From positions 1 through 35,176 of IMG/VR virus record IMGVR_UViG_3300009695_000002: a stretch of DNA of 35,176 nucleotides. The stretch is one strand, 5' to 3'. Source of the stretch: a virus. The notes below the pieces were generated by a model, which was given only the letters and a program-made list of their open reading frames with translations, did not search any database and was not told the origin of the DNA. Shown here one piece after another: positions 24,293 to 31,726 of this stretch. The translations under genes and the position numbers were made by a program. Numbering within the stretch: position 1 is the stretch's first letter; every line of letters starts with the position of its first letter.

Positions 24293-24449
24293 CACGGCCT
24301 CCTGCTGCGCCACACTCAGCGTGTCTAACCAACCATTCAACATTATTGCCGTGGGTAGGCAGCGCGACAACCTCAAACCTTTCAACTTTCTTCATAATCA
24401 TGCTTAGCAAGGCTTTAATTTCTTCAATTTCATCCATTGCCTTACTCAT
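24285..24449 (-). CDS. Small ORF, 54 aa (below the track cut-off), with a related N-terminal helix
   Basis: AGGAG lies 6 nt upstream of the ATG at 24449. The product is MSKAMDEIEEIKALLSMIMKKVERFEVVALPTHGNNVEWLVRHAECGAAGGRDE. The stop overlaps the next start. Confidence 0.4.
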   Translation of the reverse strand: MSKAMDEIEEIKALLSMIMKKVERFEVVALPTHGNNVEWLVRHAECGAAGGRDE

Positions 24450-24458
24450 TCCCATCTC

Positions 24459-24743
24459 CTATATTCCAAATCCCATATCATCCACTACAGCCCAAACATG
24501 CGGCGAATTAGGCTTATCTTGGCGCTGCACAACTATCCTACACGCCGCTTTGATATGCAAAAGCTTCACATTTATCCGACGCTTTAGCAGTCTGGCATTA
24601 CCTTCCGTGACATCAAGCTCATCACATATCTTTGTCAGCGTCGCACTGTCATTGCTGCAAATATGCTCGAGTATCTTCATCTCAAGCCGCGATAACGGTA
24701 TGAAGCGCTTAGCAAAAAGGTCGATTATTTCTTGGTATGTCAC
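24459..24743 (-). CDS. Small HTH transcriptional regulator (LuxR/GerE- or sigma region-4-like); candidate late-gene regulator
   Basis: LSRLEMKILEHICSNDSATLTKICDELDVTEGNARLLKRRINVKL fits the pattern LT.rE.evl.l...G.s..eIA..L.iS..TVk.h...i..KL. The apparent start is a GTG at 24743. Confidence 0.5.
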   Translation of the reverse strand: MTYQEIIDLFAKRFIPLSRLEMKILEHICSNDSATLTKICDELDVTEGNARLLKRRINVKLLHIKAACRIVVQRQDKPNSPHVWAVVDDMGFGI

Positions 24744-25069
24744 TATACTTTAATCTCCACAATATCGATATTATGAATAGCCTTCACCAGCGCCTTTTTA
24801 AGCTTGTAAATCGGTGTCGGATAGCCTTTCACATCTTCAACTATCTCGCAGCCAGTCTTAGCGTCGATGTATTTAAAGTCGGCGCGATAACTGCATATCT
24901 TCAGCCCATTCACCGCAAGCTTGTACTCCGGCTGAAGCTCAAGTTGACGTATCTCGCCCTTCATAGCCAGCACGCTTAGCCACGCATACCGGTTGGCTTC
25001 GGCTATGCTGTGGAAGTTGATGCCATCGAACTGGACGCGCTTAGCGCCGTACTTGCTGCGCCTTAGCAT
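24743..25069 (-). CDS. DUF1064-family protein (PD-(D/E)XK-like nuclease common in phage nin-type regions)
   Basis: MLRRSKYGAKRVQFDGINFHSIAEANRYAWL...GEIRQLELQPEYKL......YRADFKYID.KTG..IVEDVKGYPTPIYKLKK matches the family signature. Confidence 0.85.
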   Translation of the reverse strand: MLRRSKYGAKRVQFDGINFHSIAEANRYAWLSVLAMKGEIRQLELQPEYKLAVNGLKICSYRADFKYIDAKTGCEIVEDVKGYPTPIYKLKKALVKAIHNIDIVEIKV

Positions 25070-25557
25070 CTGTGAAGAATGCTAATAACTGCTTGTCTAT
25101 AATTTCCTTTTCTAATGCTTAGACATGGGTCGATAATAAACTTATCGCTCCAAAATCGCTTTCTGATGTCTTCAAAAAAACCAGACTCCCATTCTCTAAA
25201 TTTTACTTCAGCTTTGCTAGCTTCATACATGCAAACGGTCGCGCTCAAGCTTGCGCACAACTTTTTTAATCGCTTAGCGCGCTCAAGCTTAAAGCAGTAA
25301 TAAATAGCTCTTGACATGATAGTAAAATCTTTATGCCCAAGTCTAATATCACGCACCGCCAAGTATTTTGCAACTTCTTCGACAGATATGTCTTTGCCCG
25401 AAGCTGCTTCATGTTTTAACCTGTCAACGATAAGTTTATCTTCATCAAGGTAAGCCGAAAAATCCTGGCGCAGGAAGTGGCGCACATGATCTTCCGCCAT
25501 ATCTAGAACGAATCTCCAGTTGCACATTTTCATCTCAACAGGTCTATCACCACTCAT
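25063..25557 (-). CDS. Orphan helical protein, 164 aa (distal member of the tandem array)
   Basis: ATGA overlap with the upstream gene. It shows a weak echo (AIYYCFKLERAK, YEASKAEVKF) of the CAQA.I.YKAK.E motif in the two upstream genes. Confidence 0.6.
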   Translation of the reverse strand: MSGDRPVEMKMCNWRFVLDMAEDHVRHFLRQDFSAYLDEDKLIVDRLKHEAASGKDISVEEVAKYLAVRDIRLGHKDFTIMSRAIYYCFKLERAKRLKKLCASLSATVCMYEASKAEVKFREWESGFFEDIRKRFWSDKFIIDPCLSIRKGNYRQAVISILHRC

Positions 25558-26114
25558 TCTATCACCCCACCATCTTCAGCTTTCTTAGCGCACATTAACT
25601 CTTCTGAGCGCACCTCGGCCTTTGCTTTATAAACAATGACAGCTTGCGCGCACAAGATGTATGACTGATTTTTTATAGCTTCAATTATCTCTATCTCAAG
25701 CTCTTTAGCGTCGCTTTTTATCATGCGAGAAAAATTATCATAATTATCAAATATTGCAATCATATCTAAGAAGCGGTGGAAGTAGCCATGCATGGTTTCG
25801 CAAATGTCAATTATTTTAAAAGCATCCTCCAACGGATATTCACGCTCGCAATCTTTTATTAAGATATTCAACTGCTCAAGTAAAAGCACGGTCGCTACTG
25901 AAGCCCTGGGAATATATGAATGCAGCGCGGCAAAATCGATATCAGAAAAATCAGAATTCACCATAGAAAAACTAAGATCGGACCTATACTTCCTGTAGCC
26001 ATCTAGCCACATTTCAACGCGAGACTTAATTATAGAAGCATAGTGGGCATTATAGATATAATGCCGGTATGACTCCTCATCAAAAACCACGCTGCATCTC
26101 TCACAGCCGCTCAT
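25554..26114 (-). CDS. Orphan helical protein, 186 aa, paralog of 26111..26710
   Basis: Motifs shared with its neighbour are WLD, IDICETM/IEICTEM, E.EIIE.I and CAQAVIVYKAKAE/CAQAIILYKAKVE. Confidence 0.7.
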   Translation of the reverse strand: MSGCERCSVVFDEESYRHYIYNAHYASIIKSRVEMWLDGYRKYRSDLSFSMVNSDFSDIDFAALHSYIPRASVATVLLLEQLNILIKDCEREYPLEDAFKIIDICETMHGYFHRFLDMIAIFDNYDNFSRMIKSDAKELEIEIIEAIKNQSYILCAQAVIVYKAKAEVRSEELMCAKKAEDGGVIE

Positions 26115-26127
26115 GCTTCCACCTCCA
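26110..26127. repeat. 18-bp exact junction cassette, copy 1 (partner 26706..26723)
   Basis: The plus strand is ctcatgcttccacctcca. The minus strand is TGGAGGTGGAAGCATGAG, which holds the SD and an overlapping ATGA start/stop. Confidence 0.95.
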
Positions 26128-26710
26128 TGCTCTTTTCATCTTTCTTGTCACGCTCTAACTCATCTTGCGTTTCTACCTTTGCTTTATACAAAATGATAGC
26201 TTGTGCACAGCGTATAAATTGCCTGGTCCTTATCAGCTCAATTATCTCGCTCTCAACATGAGCGCTTGATTTAACAATCATGCGAAAAGTGGTAGACCAA
26301 TCACCAATGTTTGAAACACATTGAAAGAAAAAATCTGGAGTTCCGCAATACATTTCTGTGCAAATTTCAATCATTCTTGTGATATCAAGAGATTTTACAT
26401 CTTTCTTTGAACAAGCAATAAAACTGCTTAGCTCAGCCAGCAAATGCACTGCTGCAATTTCTTTTTCGCGAAAAACAAGACGTGTATACAAATGCTCAGC
26501 TGCGTACTTATAATCTAAAGACAACTGCAAGTAATTCTTATTCGCTATTTGCAGGCTGTGCTCATCTAGCCAGGCTCTAACGACAGACGTAACTCCTGAA
26601 ATATATTCCTGAGTACAAAACTCAGGCACGCTATCATCGTAAACCGTGTCTGGGTTAAACAACCATGACCTACCATTTTCGCCGCCATCATTACTTTTAT
26701 CATCACTCAT
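26111..26710 (-). CDS. Orphan helical protein, 199 aa, paralog of 25554..26114
   Basis: As above. The start lies in the 18-bp junction cassette. Confidence 0.7.
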   Translation of the reverse strand: MSDDKSNDGGENGRSWLFNPDTVYDDSVPEFCTQEYISGVTSVVRAWLDEHSLQIANKNYLQLSLDYKYAAEHLYTRLVFREKEIAAVHLLAELSSFIACSKKDVKSLDITRMIEICTEMYCGTPDFFFQCVSNIGDWSTTFRMIVKSSAHVESEIIELIRTRQFIRCAQAIILYKAKVETQDELERDKKDEKSMEVEA

Positions 26711-26723
26711 GCTTCCACCTCCA
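26706..26723. repeat. 18-bp exact junction cassette, copy 2 (partner 26110..26127)
   Basis: Identical 18-mer read directly. Confidence 0.95.
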
Positions 26724-27165
26724 CAACTTCTCCTAACCTAATAACTTCACGGTCAGGCATCGATTGCACGATATTTGACACTCTAGCTAAAAACGTACGC
26801 TGTATCTTTCTATCAAGATACTTAGCAGATTTTGACAGATTCGCTTGCTTGATAAGCTTCGCAGAAATAAGTGTCGCAATCGTTGCGGCCGTGGCGCTAA
26901 CGCTCTCTTTAAACGCATCTCTATCATCAATGTAGCTAATTTTAAAGCATCCACGGATCGTAAGGTTAGCAAAGTCAGACTTATCCATCTTTGCGCCGAC
27001 AGCAAACGAATCTTGCACCTCAGCTGGCAGGCTTTTATCCGCACGAAGCCTGCTTATCCTTTTCTGAAACCCTTCATCTTCCAGAAACCCATAAACTAGA
27101 GATAGAAGCGTATCTGCCATTTTCCGAACAATTACTACTCTTGCTTCAGTGCTACTATCCATCAT
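26707..27165 (-). CDS. Orphan protein, 152 aa, third member of the MMDSS/..MP..E paralog group
   Basis: Start taken at ATGATG 27165 (MMDSSTEARV...), inside the 27-bp junction cassette. The C-terminal FLARVSNIVQSMPDREVIRL parallels FRKIQSIIKAMPESEIKLL and FDKVKTIIMLIPRKEMKRF. Confidence 0.65.
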   Translation of the reverse strand: MMDSSTEARVVIVRKMADTLLSLVYGFLEDEGFQKRISRLRADKSLPAEVQDSFAVGAKMDKSDFANLTIRGCFKISYIDDRDAFKESVSATAATIATLISAKLIKQANLSKSAKYLDRKIQRTFLARVSNIVQSMPDREVIRLGEVVEVEA

Positions 27166-27178
27166 TCTCTTCCTCAGC
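27152..27178. repeat. 27-bp exact junction cassette, copy 1 (partner 27585..27611)
   Basis: The plus strand is ctactatccatcattctcttcctcagc. The minus strand is GCTGAGGAAGAGAATGATGGATAGTAG, which holds the SD, the ATGATG start of the downstream gene and the TAG stop of the upstream gene. Confidence 0.95.
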
Positions 27179-27598
27179 ATTGGCTATAGTCTGATCGATA
27201 AACCTTTTCATTTCTTTGCGGGGTATCAGCATTATAATTGTTTTTACTTTGTCAAAGCTTTCAACTGAATCGCAGCCAAAGACAACAGAACAAGCCCAGC
27301 ACTTGAGCACCTCAGCGCCGAACTTTTTATGGCATAAAACAGTATCATCACACATTAAAGCAGCAAAGCTTAAAACAATTAATGCAAGTTTGTTTAAATC
27401 ATATGTGTGTGGAGTATGTTTCTCGAGCGGCATTTCAAAAAACTCGAGGTAATCATCGCCAAACTCTCTCTTAACTCTCTTAAAAACCTTTAATTTTGAA
27501 TCGTCACTCCCAAACAGCTCTGCCAGGCACATAGCATTCAAAATTGAAATTGCTCTTTCAACAACATCATCTACCGACACTTCACTACTATCCATCAT
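27155..27598 (-). CDS. Orphan protein, 147 aa, paralog of 27588..28016
   Basis: It starts MMDSSEVSV and ends AEEENDG exactly as its upstream neighbour does. They share the C-terminal block G.(N/D)SVE(N/S)F.K...II...P..E(I/M)K. Confidence 0.7.
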   Translation of the reverse strand: MMDSSEVSVDDVVERAISILNAMCLAELFGSDDSKLKVFKRVKREFGDDYLEFFEMPLEKHTPHTYDLNKLALIVLSFAALMCDDTVLCHKKFGAEVLKCWACSVVFGCDSVESFDKVKTIIMLIPRKEMKRFIDQTIANAEEENDG

Positions 27599-27611
27599 TC
27601 TCTTCCTCAGC
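27585..27611. repeat. 27-bp exact junction cassette, copy 2 (partner 27152..27178)
   Basis: Identical 27-mer read directly. Confidence 0.95.
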
Positions 27612-28016
27612 CTCTTTCATCAGTAGCTTTATCTCACTTTCCGGCATTGCTTTTATAATGCTTTGTATTTTCCTGAAGTTTTCAACTGAATTATAGCCAA
27701 GCATATTTAAACCAACCCATGGCATCAGGCCTGCTTCCATGAGCTTTGTGCTGTCTCCATTAATAAAAGAAGAAAGCTTTACAATTGAGTTTGCAGAGCT
27801 TTTTAAGGCTGCATCAGATTGCCCACACATTGCCGCAACTTGGCTTAGAATCGAAAGCGTTCCGCCGCAAAATTCGCCAGTATACTTCTTAAGAAGATCG
27901 GCTTTTTCTTCTTGCGTTGAATCTCTTTCTACAATCTCCATTGTTGCGGCAATAGCCACCGCTTGCTCTCTAACAGCTTCGGCTCTAAAAGCCCTTGAAA
28001 TCCAACCCACCCTCAT
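27588..28016 (-). CDS. Orphan protein, 142 aa, first member of the tandem array
   Basis: ATGA overlap with the P-like gene. It ends AEEENDG. Confidence 0.7.
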   Translation of the reverse strand: MRVGWISRAFRAEAVREQAVAIAATMEIVERDSTQEEKADLLKKYTGEFCGGTLSILSQVAAMCGQSDAALKSSANSIVKLSSFINGDSTKLMEAGLMPWVGLNMLGYNSVENFRKIQSIIKAMPESEIKLLMKEAEEENDG

Positions 28017-28663
28017 CTCCTCAATAAATTCTTAATTGCGCTCAAATGCTTAAGCCTTACGTGCTCTGTAGCAAGTGCATCAACGCTCTCAGGCAGCGCT
28101 TGAAACTTAGGCAGTGAAAGCTCCACCCCCTGCCTTACCTGCTCACACCGTCGCTTATACGCGCCCTCAAAGCGTGCATAGGCTTCCTTCTCCGCCAACG
28201 TGCGCATCTCATACGCCCCAACATCCATAGCCGCATGGTAGATTGCCGGGTGCGCATAATCTCGTTTAACGGCAAGATTGAACGCCACCCTTGACTCTGG
28301 TATTCCTAGCTCATCAAGCGGCGTAATACACAGCTCTGCAAGCCTTAGCGGGCTAGGTGGGAACACTTTCCCAGCATCAGATTTCTTATATCGGCACAAA
28401 GCTTGCTGAATCTGCTCATGCGAGAACGCTTGCAGCTCGCGATACCAAACCGCCCGAATAGCGGCCATGGCGTTTGCGTAGTGCTCGCGCTCGGCTGGGA
28501 ACTGACTGCTCCACGCTCGGCCATAGAGCAACATCATCTCGCCAAACAATTTATCTATCGCGCTCAATTCGCATTTAACGTGCTGACTCATCTCGTGCTT
28601 GCTTTGCGAGATAGTCCCACGCGTTTTCATGAGCTGAGTTGCTATGCTTGCTACTTGTCGCAT
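28013..28663 (-). CDS. Lambda P-like replication protein (replicative helicase loader)
   Basis: VFPPSPLRLAELC...LGIPESRVAFNLAV...AIYHAAMDVG parallels lambda P PFLPSPGQFVAWC...GLPNVSELVDMV. AGGGGG lies 5 nt upstream of the ATG at 28663. The gene overlaps the upstream gene by 89 nt. Confidence 0.75.
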   Translation of the reverse strand: MRQVASIATQLMKTRGTISQSKHEMSQHVKCELSAIDKLFGEMMLLYGRAWSSQFPAEREHYANAMAAIRAVWYRELQAFSHEQIQQALCRYKKSDAGKVFPPSPLRLAELCITPLDELGIPESRVAFNLAVKRDYAHPAIYHAAMDVGAYEMRTLAEKEAYARFEGAYKRRCEQVRQGVELSLPKFQALPESVDALATEHVRLKHLSAIKNLLRR

Positions 28664-29414
28664 GTTTGCCCCCTGTTGCTACTTTCTCTTCATCTTCCCA
28701 GCGGCGCTGTGATAAATACGTCGTCGGGTGCGGAATGAATCGGCTAGACGTGTCTTGCCACGACTCATCGTTTTGCAAACGTACTTTCAAATCATCAAGA
28801 ATTAAATCAATTTGGTTATCAAGCTTCGCTTTTACCCAGACCTTCAAGGCCATCGATTTCTTAACTTTCTTTGGATACGTCTGCCAAAATTTATCAAAAT
28901 GGCCGAGAGTATTTATATCTAATTTATTAGATATAATACCGGATACCGGAGGTGTGTCGGCCTGAGCAAAATGGGGTGGTACGGCCTGACTTTTTTCAAC
29001 CTCTGAGACCCCTTGTTTTACAGTGTTTCGTCTAGGCTTGCCTATGTCAAGAAAGGGTGTCGGCCTTGTGTCGGCCTGGTTTTGAACGGATTTATCCCGT
29101 GTCGCCAAAAGACATTTAAAAATCAGTCTAGTGCCGCTACTTTTAATCTCAATTAAGCCCACTCTTTCCAGCTCTTTTGCAGCCCTTCTTATTTGTTGTT
29201 TACCCGGTGAGCCCGTTTCAGTTGTTAATATTCCTGCGACCGGCTCTATATACAATTCTTCACTTAATGATTGCCATGAAATCTTACGCTTAACACCTAC
29301 CACGCACGTTGAAAAATCCATGTATGGCCGTATGCCGGCATAATATAAACAACGCGTCAGATATCGCAGCCCGTTTAGGGCGTCTCTTTCATCATCATTA
29401 ATCTGAAACGCCAC
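28575..29414 (-). CDS. Replication initiator / replisome organiser (lambda O-slot), with an N-terminal winged-helix domain
   Basis: The N-terminal pattern LNGLRYLTRCLYYAGIRPYMD...ISWQSLSEEL...QQIRRAAKELERVGLIE is winged-helix-like. The C-terminal motif is FDKFWQTYPKKVKKSMALKVW...FIPHPTTYLSQRRWEDE. It lies directly upstream of the P-like gene. The start is a GTG with AGGA 6 nt upstream. Confidence 0.65.
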   Translation of the reverse strand: MAFQINDDERDALNGLRYLTRCLYYAGIRPYMDFSTCVVGVKRKISWQSLSEELYIEPVAGILTTETGSPGKQQIRRAAKELERVGLIEIKSSGTRLIFKCLLATRDKSVQNQADTRPTPFLDIGKPRRNTVKQGVSEVEKSQAVPPHFAQADTPPVSGIISNKLDINTLGHFDKFWQTYPKKVKKSMALKVWVKAKLDNQIDLILDDLKVRLQNDESWQDTSSRFIPHPTTYLSQRRWEDEEKVATGGKHATSSKHSNSAHENAWDYLAKQARDESAR

Positions 29415-29474
29415 AAGAAATCCTACTTATTTGCTGATGCTTATATAAACAACCCGAACACAATTTTACTAGCT

Positions 29475-29861
29475 TCATGCAATCAAAATTAAAAAGCAGG
29501 CAAAAACTATTACTGAGACGCATTTGCTAGCATCTTCACCAAGAAACATGTGCGCTAAAGCGTATGAACCTAAGAGAATGGCGGAAGGAATCAGTATAAA
29601 AATAACTATAAGTAAAGCTCTTTCTAAAATATGCGCTAAAATCTTGCCAGCCAAACCTAGCGGCTTAGCGCTCTCTCTTTCAACTCTATTAGCTTCATTC
29701 AGCGCCACTAATCTATCGACCTCGGCGGATGCTGCAGCTATTTCGGCATCTATAGCCTGCGTCCCATGCAGCATCTCTGCACGGCTAATGTGAGACCCAT
29801 AAAGCATATTTTCATAAATAACTTTGCCGTAGCGTTTGGATAATTCTAATTGATCTTCCAT
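29475..29861 (-). CDS. Hypothetical membrane protein, 128 aa (soluble N-terminal helix plus two C-terminal TM segments)
   Basis: TM stretches LLIVIFILIPSAILLGSYALAHMF and CVSVIVFACFLILIA. Confidence 0.55.
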   Translation of the reverse strand: MEDQLELSKRYGKVIYENMLYGSHISRAEMLHGTQAIDAEIAAASAEVDRLVALNEANRVERESAKPLGLAGKILAHILERALLIVIFILIPSAILLGSYALAHMFLGEDASKCVSVIVFACFLILIA

Positions 29862-29882
29862 ACTTGTACCTCTAAGCCTCTA

Positions 29883-30089
29883 CTACCAACGACCAACAAC
29901 TATCTTCATATGACCCGCCACCATCTTCACAAATCTCCACGCAATCATTACAAGAGTTGCAAACATCACAAACGGCGCGCAAACAATCGCAACCACAACA
30001 GCTAAAATAGCAACTGCTGGGAATATAAAAAACGCCAAGAAAATATCAAGCATTCGCGCTGCAGCCTTCATATAAGCATCTTTTCCCAT
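29883..30089 (-). CDS. Small hydrophobic membrane protein, 68 aa
   Basis: Start taken at the ATG at 30089 (MGKDAYMKAAARMLDIFLAFFIFPAVAILAVVVAIVCAPFVMFATLVMIAW...), just after the upstream stop. Confidence 0.45.
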   Translation of the reverse strand: MGKDAYMKAAARMLDIFLAFFIFPAVAILAVVVAIVCAPFVMFATLVMIAWRFVKMVAGHMKIVVGRW

Positions 30090-30097
30090 CTTTTTTG

Positions 30098-30292
30098 CTA
30101 ATCCCACTTTAAAAAAACAACGCCTAAAAATTTGAATAGGAACGGAGCAGCTTGTATCTGCATAAAAACTAACCACCCTATTGCATACCAGCCCATGCTA
30201 GCATCTACCGATTTATTGTTTATCAGCTGAATTATCAGCAATGCAAATGTAGCCGACATTAAAATAACTTGTAGCGGATGCTGCTCTATCAT
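30098..30292 (-). CDS. Small hydrophobic membrane protein, 64 aa
   Basis: AGGGG lies 7 nt upstream of the ATG. There are two hydrophobic stretches (VILMSATFALLIIQLI, WYAIGWLVFMQIQAAPFLFKFLGVVF). Confidence 0.45.
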   Translation of the reverse strand: MIEQHPLQVILMSATFALLIIQLINNKSVDASMGWYAIGWLVFMQIQAAPFLFKFLGVVFLKWD

Positions 30293-30302
30293 CTATATGC
30301 CC

Positions 30303-30530
30303 CTACTGCTTTTCTTTAAAAAACATGTCAGCAGTTATCTTAATCCCAGCTTTCTTTGCTAGCTGCATGTACTTCTTAATAACCTCGCCATCCCTAGGAG
30401 TTCTCTTGTAATTCTCATAATGAGATACAGCCGATGCGCTTTTGCCAAGAAATTCCCCTAGTTTTGCAACGCTCAGGCCGGTAAAGAATCTAATTTTCTT
30501 GTAAACATTTGGTTCTTTATGATTTTCCAT
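30303..30530 (-). CDS. cro: Cro-like / XRE-family HTH regulator, 75 aa
   Basis: GAGG lies 6 nt upstream of the ATG at 30530. The HTH is LSVAKLGEFLGKSASAVSHYENYKRTP. The gene is divergent from the CI-like gene across a 145-bp control region. Confidence 0.75.
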   Translation of the reverse strand: MENHKEPNVYKKIRFFTGLSVAKLGEFLGKSASAVSHYENYKRTPRDGEVIKKYMQLAKKAGIKITADMFFKEKQ

Positions 30531-30558
30531 TTTCAGCCTCATCTACGCCAAGTAGATT

Positions 30559-30588
30559 ACTTTATACTATTTGTAGGTATTGTCAATA
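30559..30588 (-). promoter_or_regulatory. Leftward early promoter (TTGACA-16-TAAAGT) whose -35 is embedded in the 11-bp palindrome TATTGTCAATA (operator candidate)
   Basis: The minus-strand TTGACA is plus-strand tgtcaa at 30581-30586. TAAAGT lies at 30559-30564. The palindrome spans 30578-30588. Confidence 0.5.
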
Positions 30589-30593
30589 GTTGG

Positions 30594-30622
30594 TTGACTT
30601 GGATTTACTGCTGTCATACTAT
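30594..30622 (+). promoter_or_regulatory. Rightward promoter for the CI-like gene (TTGACT-17-TACTAT)
   Basis: TTGACT lies at 30594-30599 and TACTAT at 30617-30622, 54 nt upstream of the CI ATG. Confidence 0.5.
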
Positions 30623-30675
30623 CTACAGAATGCAATGCTTAGTTACTAAGCGTATTTATTATTAGGTGGTTACTC

Positions 30676-31353
30676 ATGAAAATCGGCGATCGGTTGAGAA
30701 AAAGAAGAAAAGAGTTAGGCTATACAGTTGAAAAAGTGGCTGAGCTATGTGACTGGCCAACCGGTGGGAGAGTCTCACATTATGAGAATGGAAGACGACA
30801 AGCAGGCTTGGATGATATTGAAATTTTGGCAAAAGCGTTGCAAACTACATCCTCTTGGATAGCTTATGGAATGGAGCTTGCTGGGTATATGTATGAAGGA
30901 ACAGAAGAGCAATGCTTAAAGCAGGCACAAGCTACTGGGCTTATTCCTGTCTTGCCCTGGGAGCACGCAATTAAATGGAAGGAGGGAAAAGACAAAGCGA
31001 CAACTAAAGCAAAGACCTATATCCCGTATTATGACAAATTTTACGAAGACTTATTTGCCTTGGAGGCTAAAAATGATTTTATGTCTACAAATACTATAGA
31101 TTTTAGTTATAAAGAAGGTGATCTGCTATTGATAAGGTCTATTAATCCTGAAAATGAAGACATTGTCTTAGTCAGATTAGATGGGGATGAAAACCCGGTT
31201 TTTAAGAAGTATCGAAAAGAAGGAGGAGTAATATATTTTATGTCTATAAATAGCGTAATTCCGCCAAGGGAAAGCACTATTAATGACTGTATAATTGGCG
31301 TTTTGTTTGAAAAAATACCAAAGTCAATTCGTTATAAGAGTAACATAAAGTAA
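30676..31353 (+). CDS. cI: Lambda CI-like repressor (N-terminal HTH plus C-terminal S24/LexA-like domain)
   Basis: The HTH is YTVEKVAELCDWPTGGRVSHYENGRR. The C-terminal GDLLLIRS...DIVLVRLDGDENPVFKKYRKEGGVIYFMSINSVIPP parallels lambda CI DGMLILVD...[34 protein letters not shown]. Confidence 0.9.
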   Translation: MKIGDRLRKRRKELGYTVEKVAELCDWPTGGRVSHYENGRRQAGLDDIEILAKALQTTSSWIAYGMELAGYMYEGTEEQCLKQAQATGLIPVLPWEHAIKWKEGKDKATTKAKTYIPYYDKFYEDLFALEAKNDFMSTNTIDFSYKEGDLLLIRSINPENEDIVLVRLDGDENPVFKKYRKEGGVIYFMSINSVIPPRESTINDCIIGVLFEKIPKSIRYKSNIK

Positions 31354-31413
31354 TTTTTTAAGGCTTGCAGGCCTTGATAAAGCAAACGCCAGGGCCAAAA
31401 ACCCTGGCATCCT

Positions 31414-31439
31414 AAAAGCCAGCGGCGAGCTGGCTTTTT
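31414..31439 (+). terminator. Intrinsic (bidirectional-looking) terminator after the repressor gene
   Basis: AAAA-GCCAGC-ggcga-GCTGGC-TTTTT. It is preceded by a second 7-bp hairpin, GCCAGGG/CCCTGGC, at 31388-31408. Confidence 0.7.
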
Positions 31440-31726
31440 ACTTTCTACTAAAAAGAACTATACAAAAAAGTCCAAATAATAATATAACATGTGATCTTGA
31501 TAATCAACCATTTATTTATAGCATATCTCTTACAAATTGATGCATATAGTGCTGACGCTGGCAAGACCCTATAAGATGTATGATCAGTGCCCGCCCATAA
31601 GCATGTGTGAAAAAATCCTTTAAAAACAATAGGTTACATTGTATGGCTTATCTTTTGACTTACCAAAAATGCAGCTCACCTTACAAGCCATTGGATGGCT
31701 TTGTTTTGGTCAATTAGGGAAAATTT

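Noticed and set aside
24346-24979. Plus-strand ORFs 24346..24753 (135 aa) and 24737..24979
   Set aside because: They run antisense to the HTH regulator, the 54-aa ORF and the DUF1064 gene. The products are Ser/Ile/Leu-rich and low in complexity, and the whole region is a tightly coupled minus-strand operon.
28575-28663. 89-nt overlap between the O-like and P-like genes as a sign of a frameshift or pseudogene
   Set aside because: Both ORFs are intact. The best SD (AGGGGG, 5-nt spacer) serves the ATG at 28663. Later ATGs (28630, 28591) lack an SD, so the overlap is accepted as real but unremarkable.
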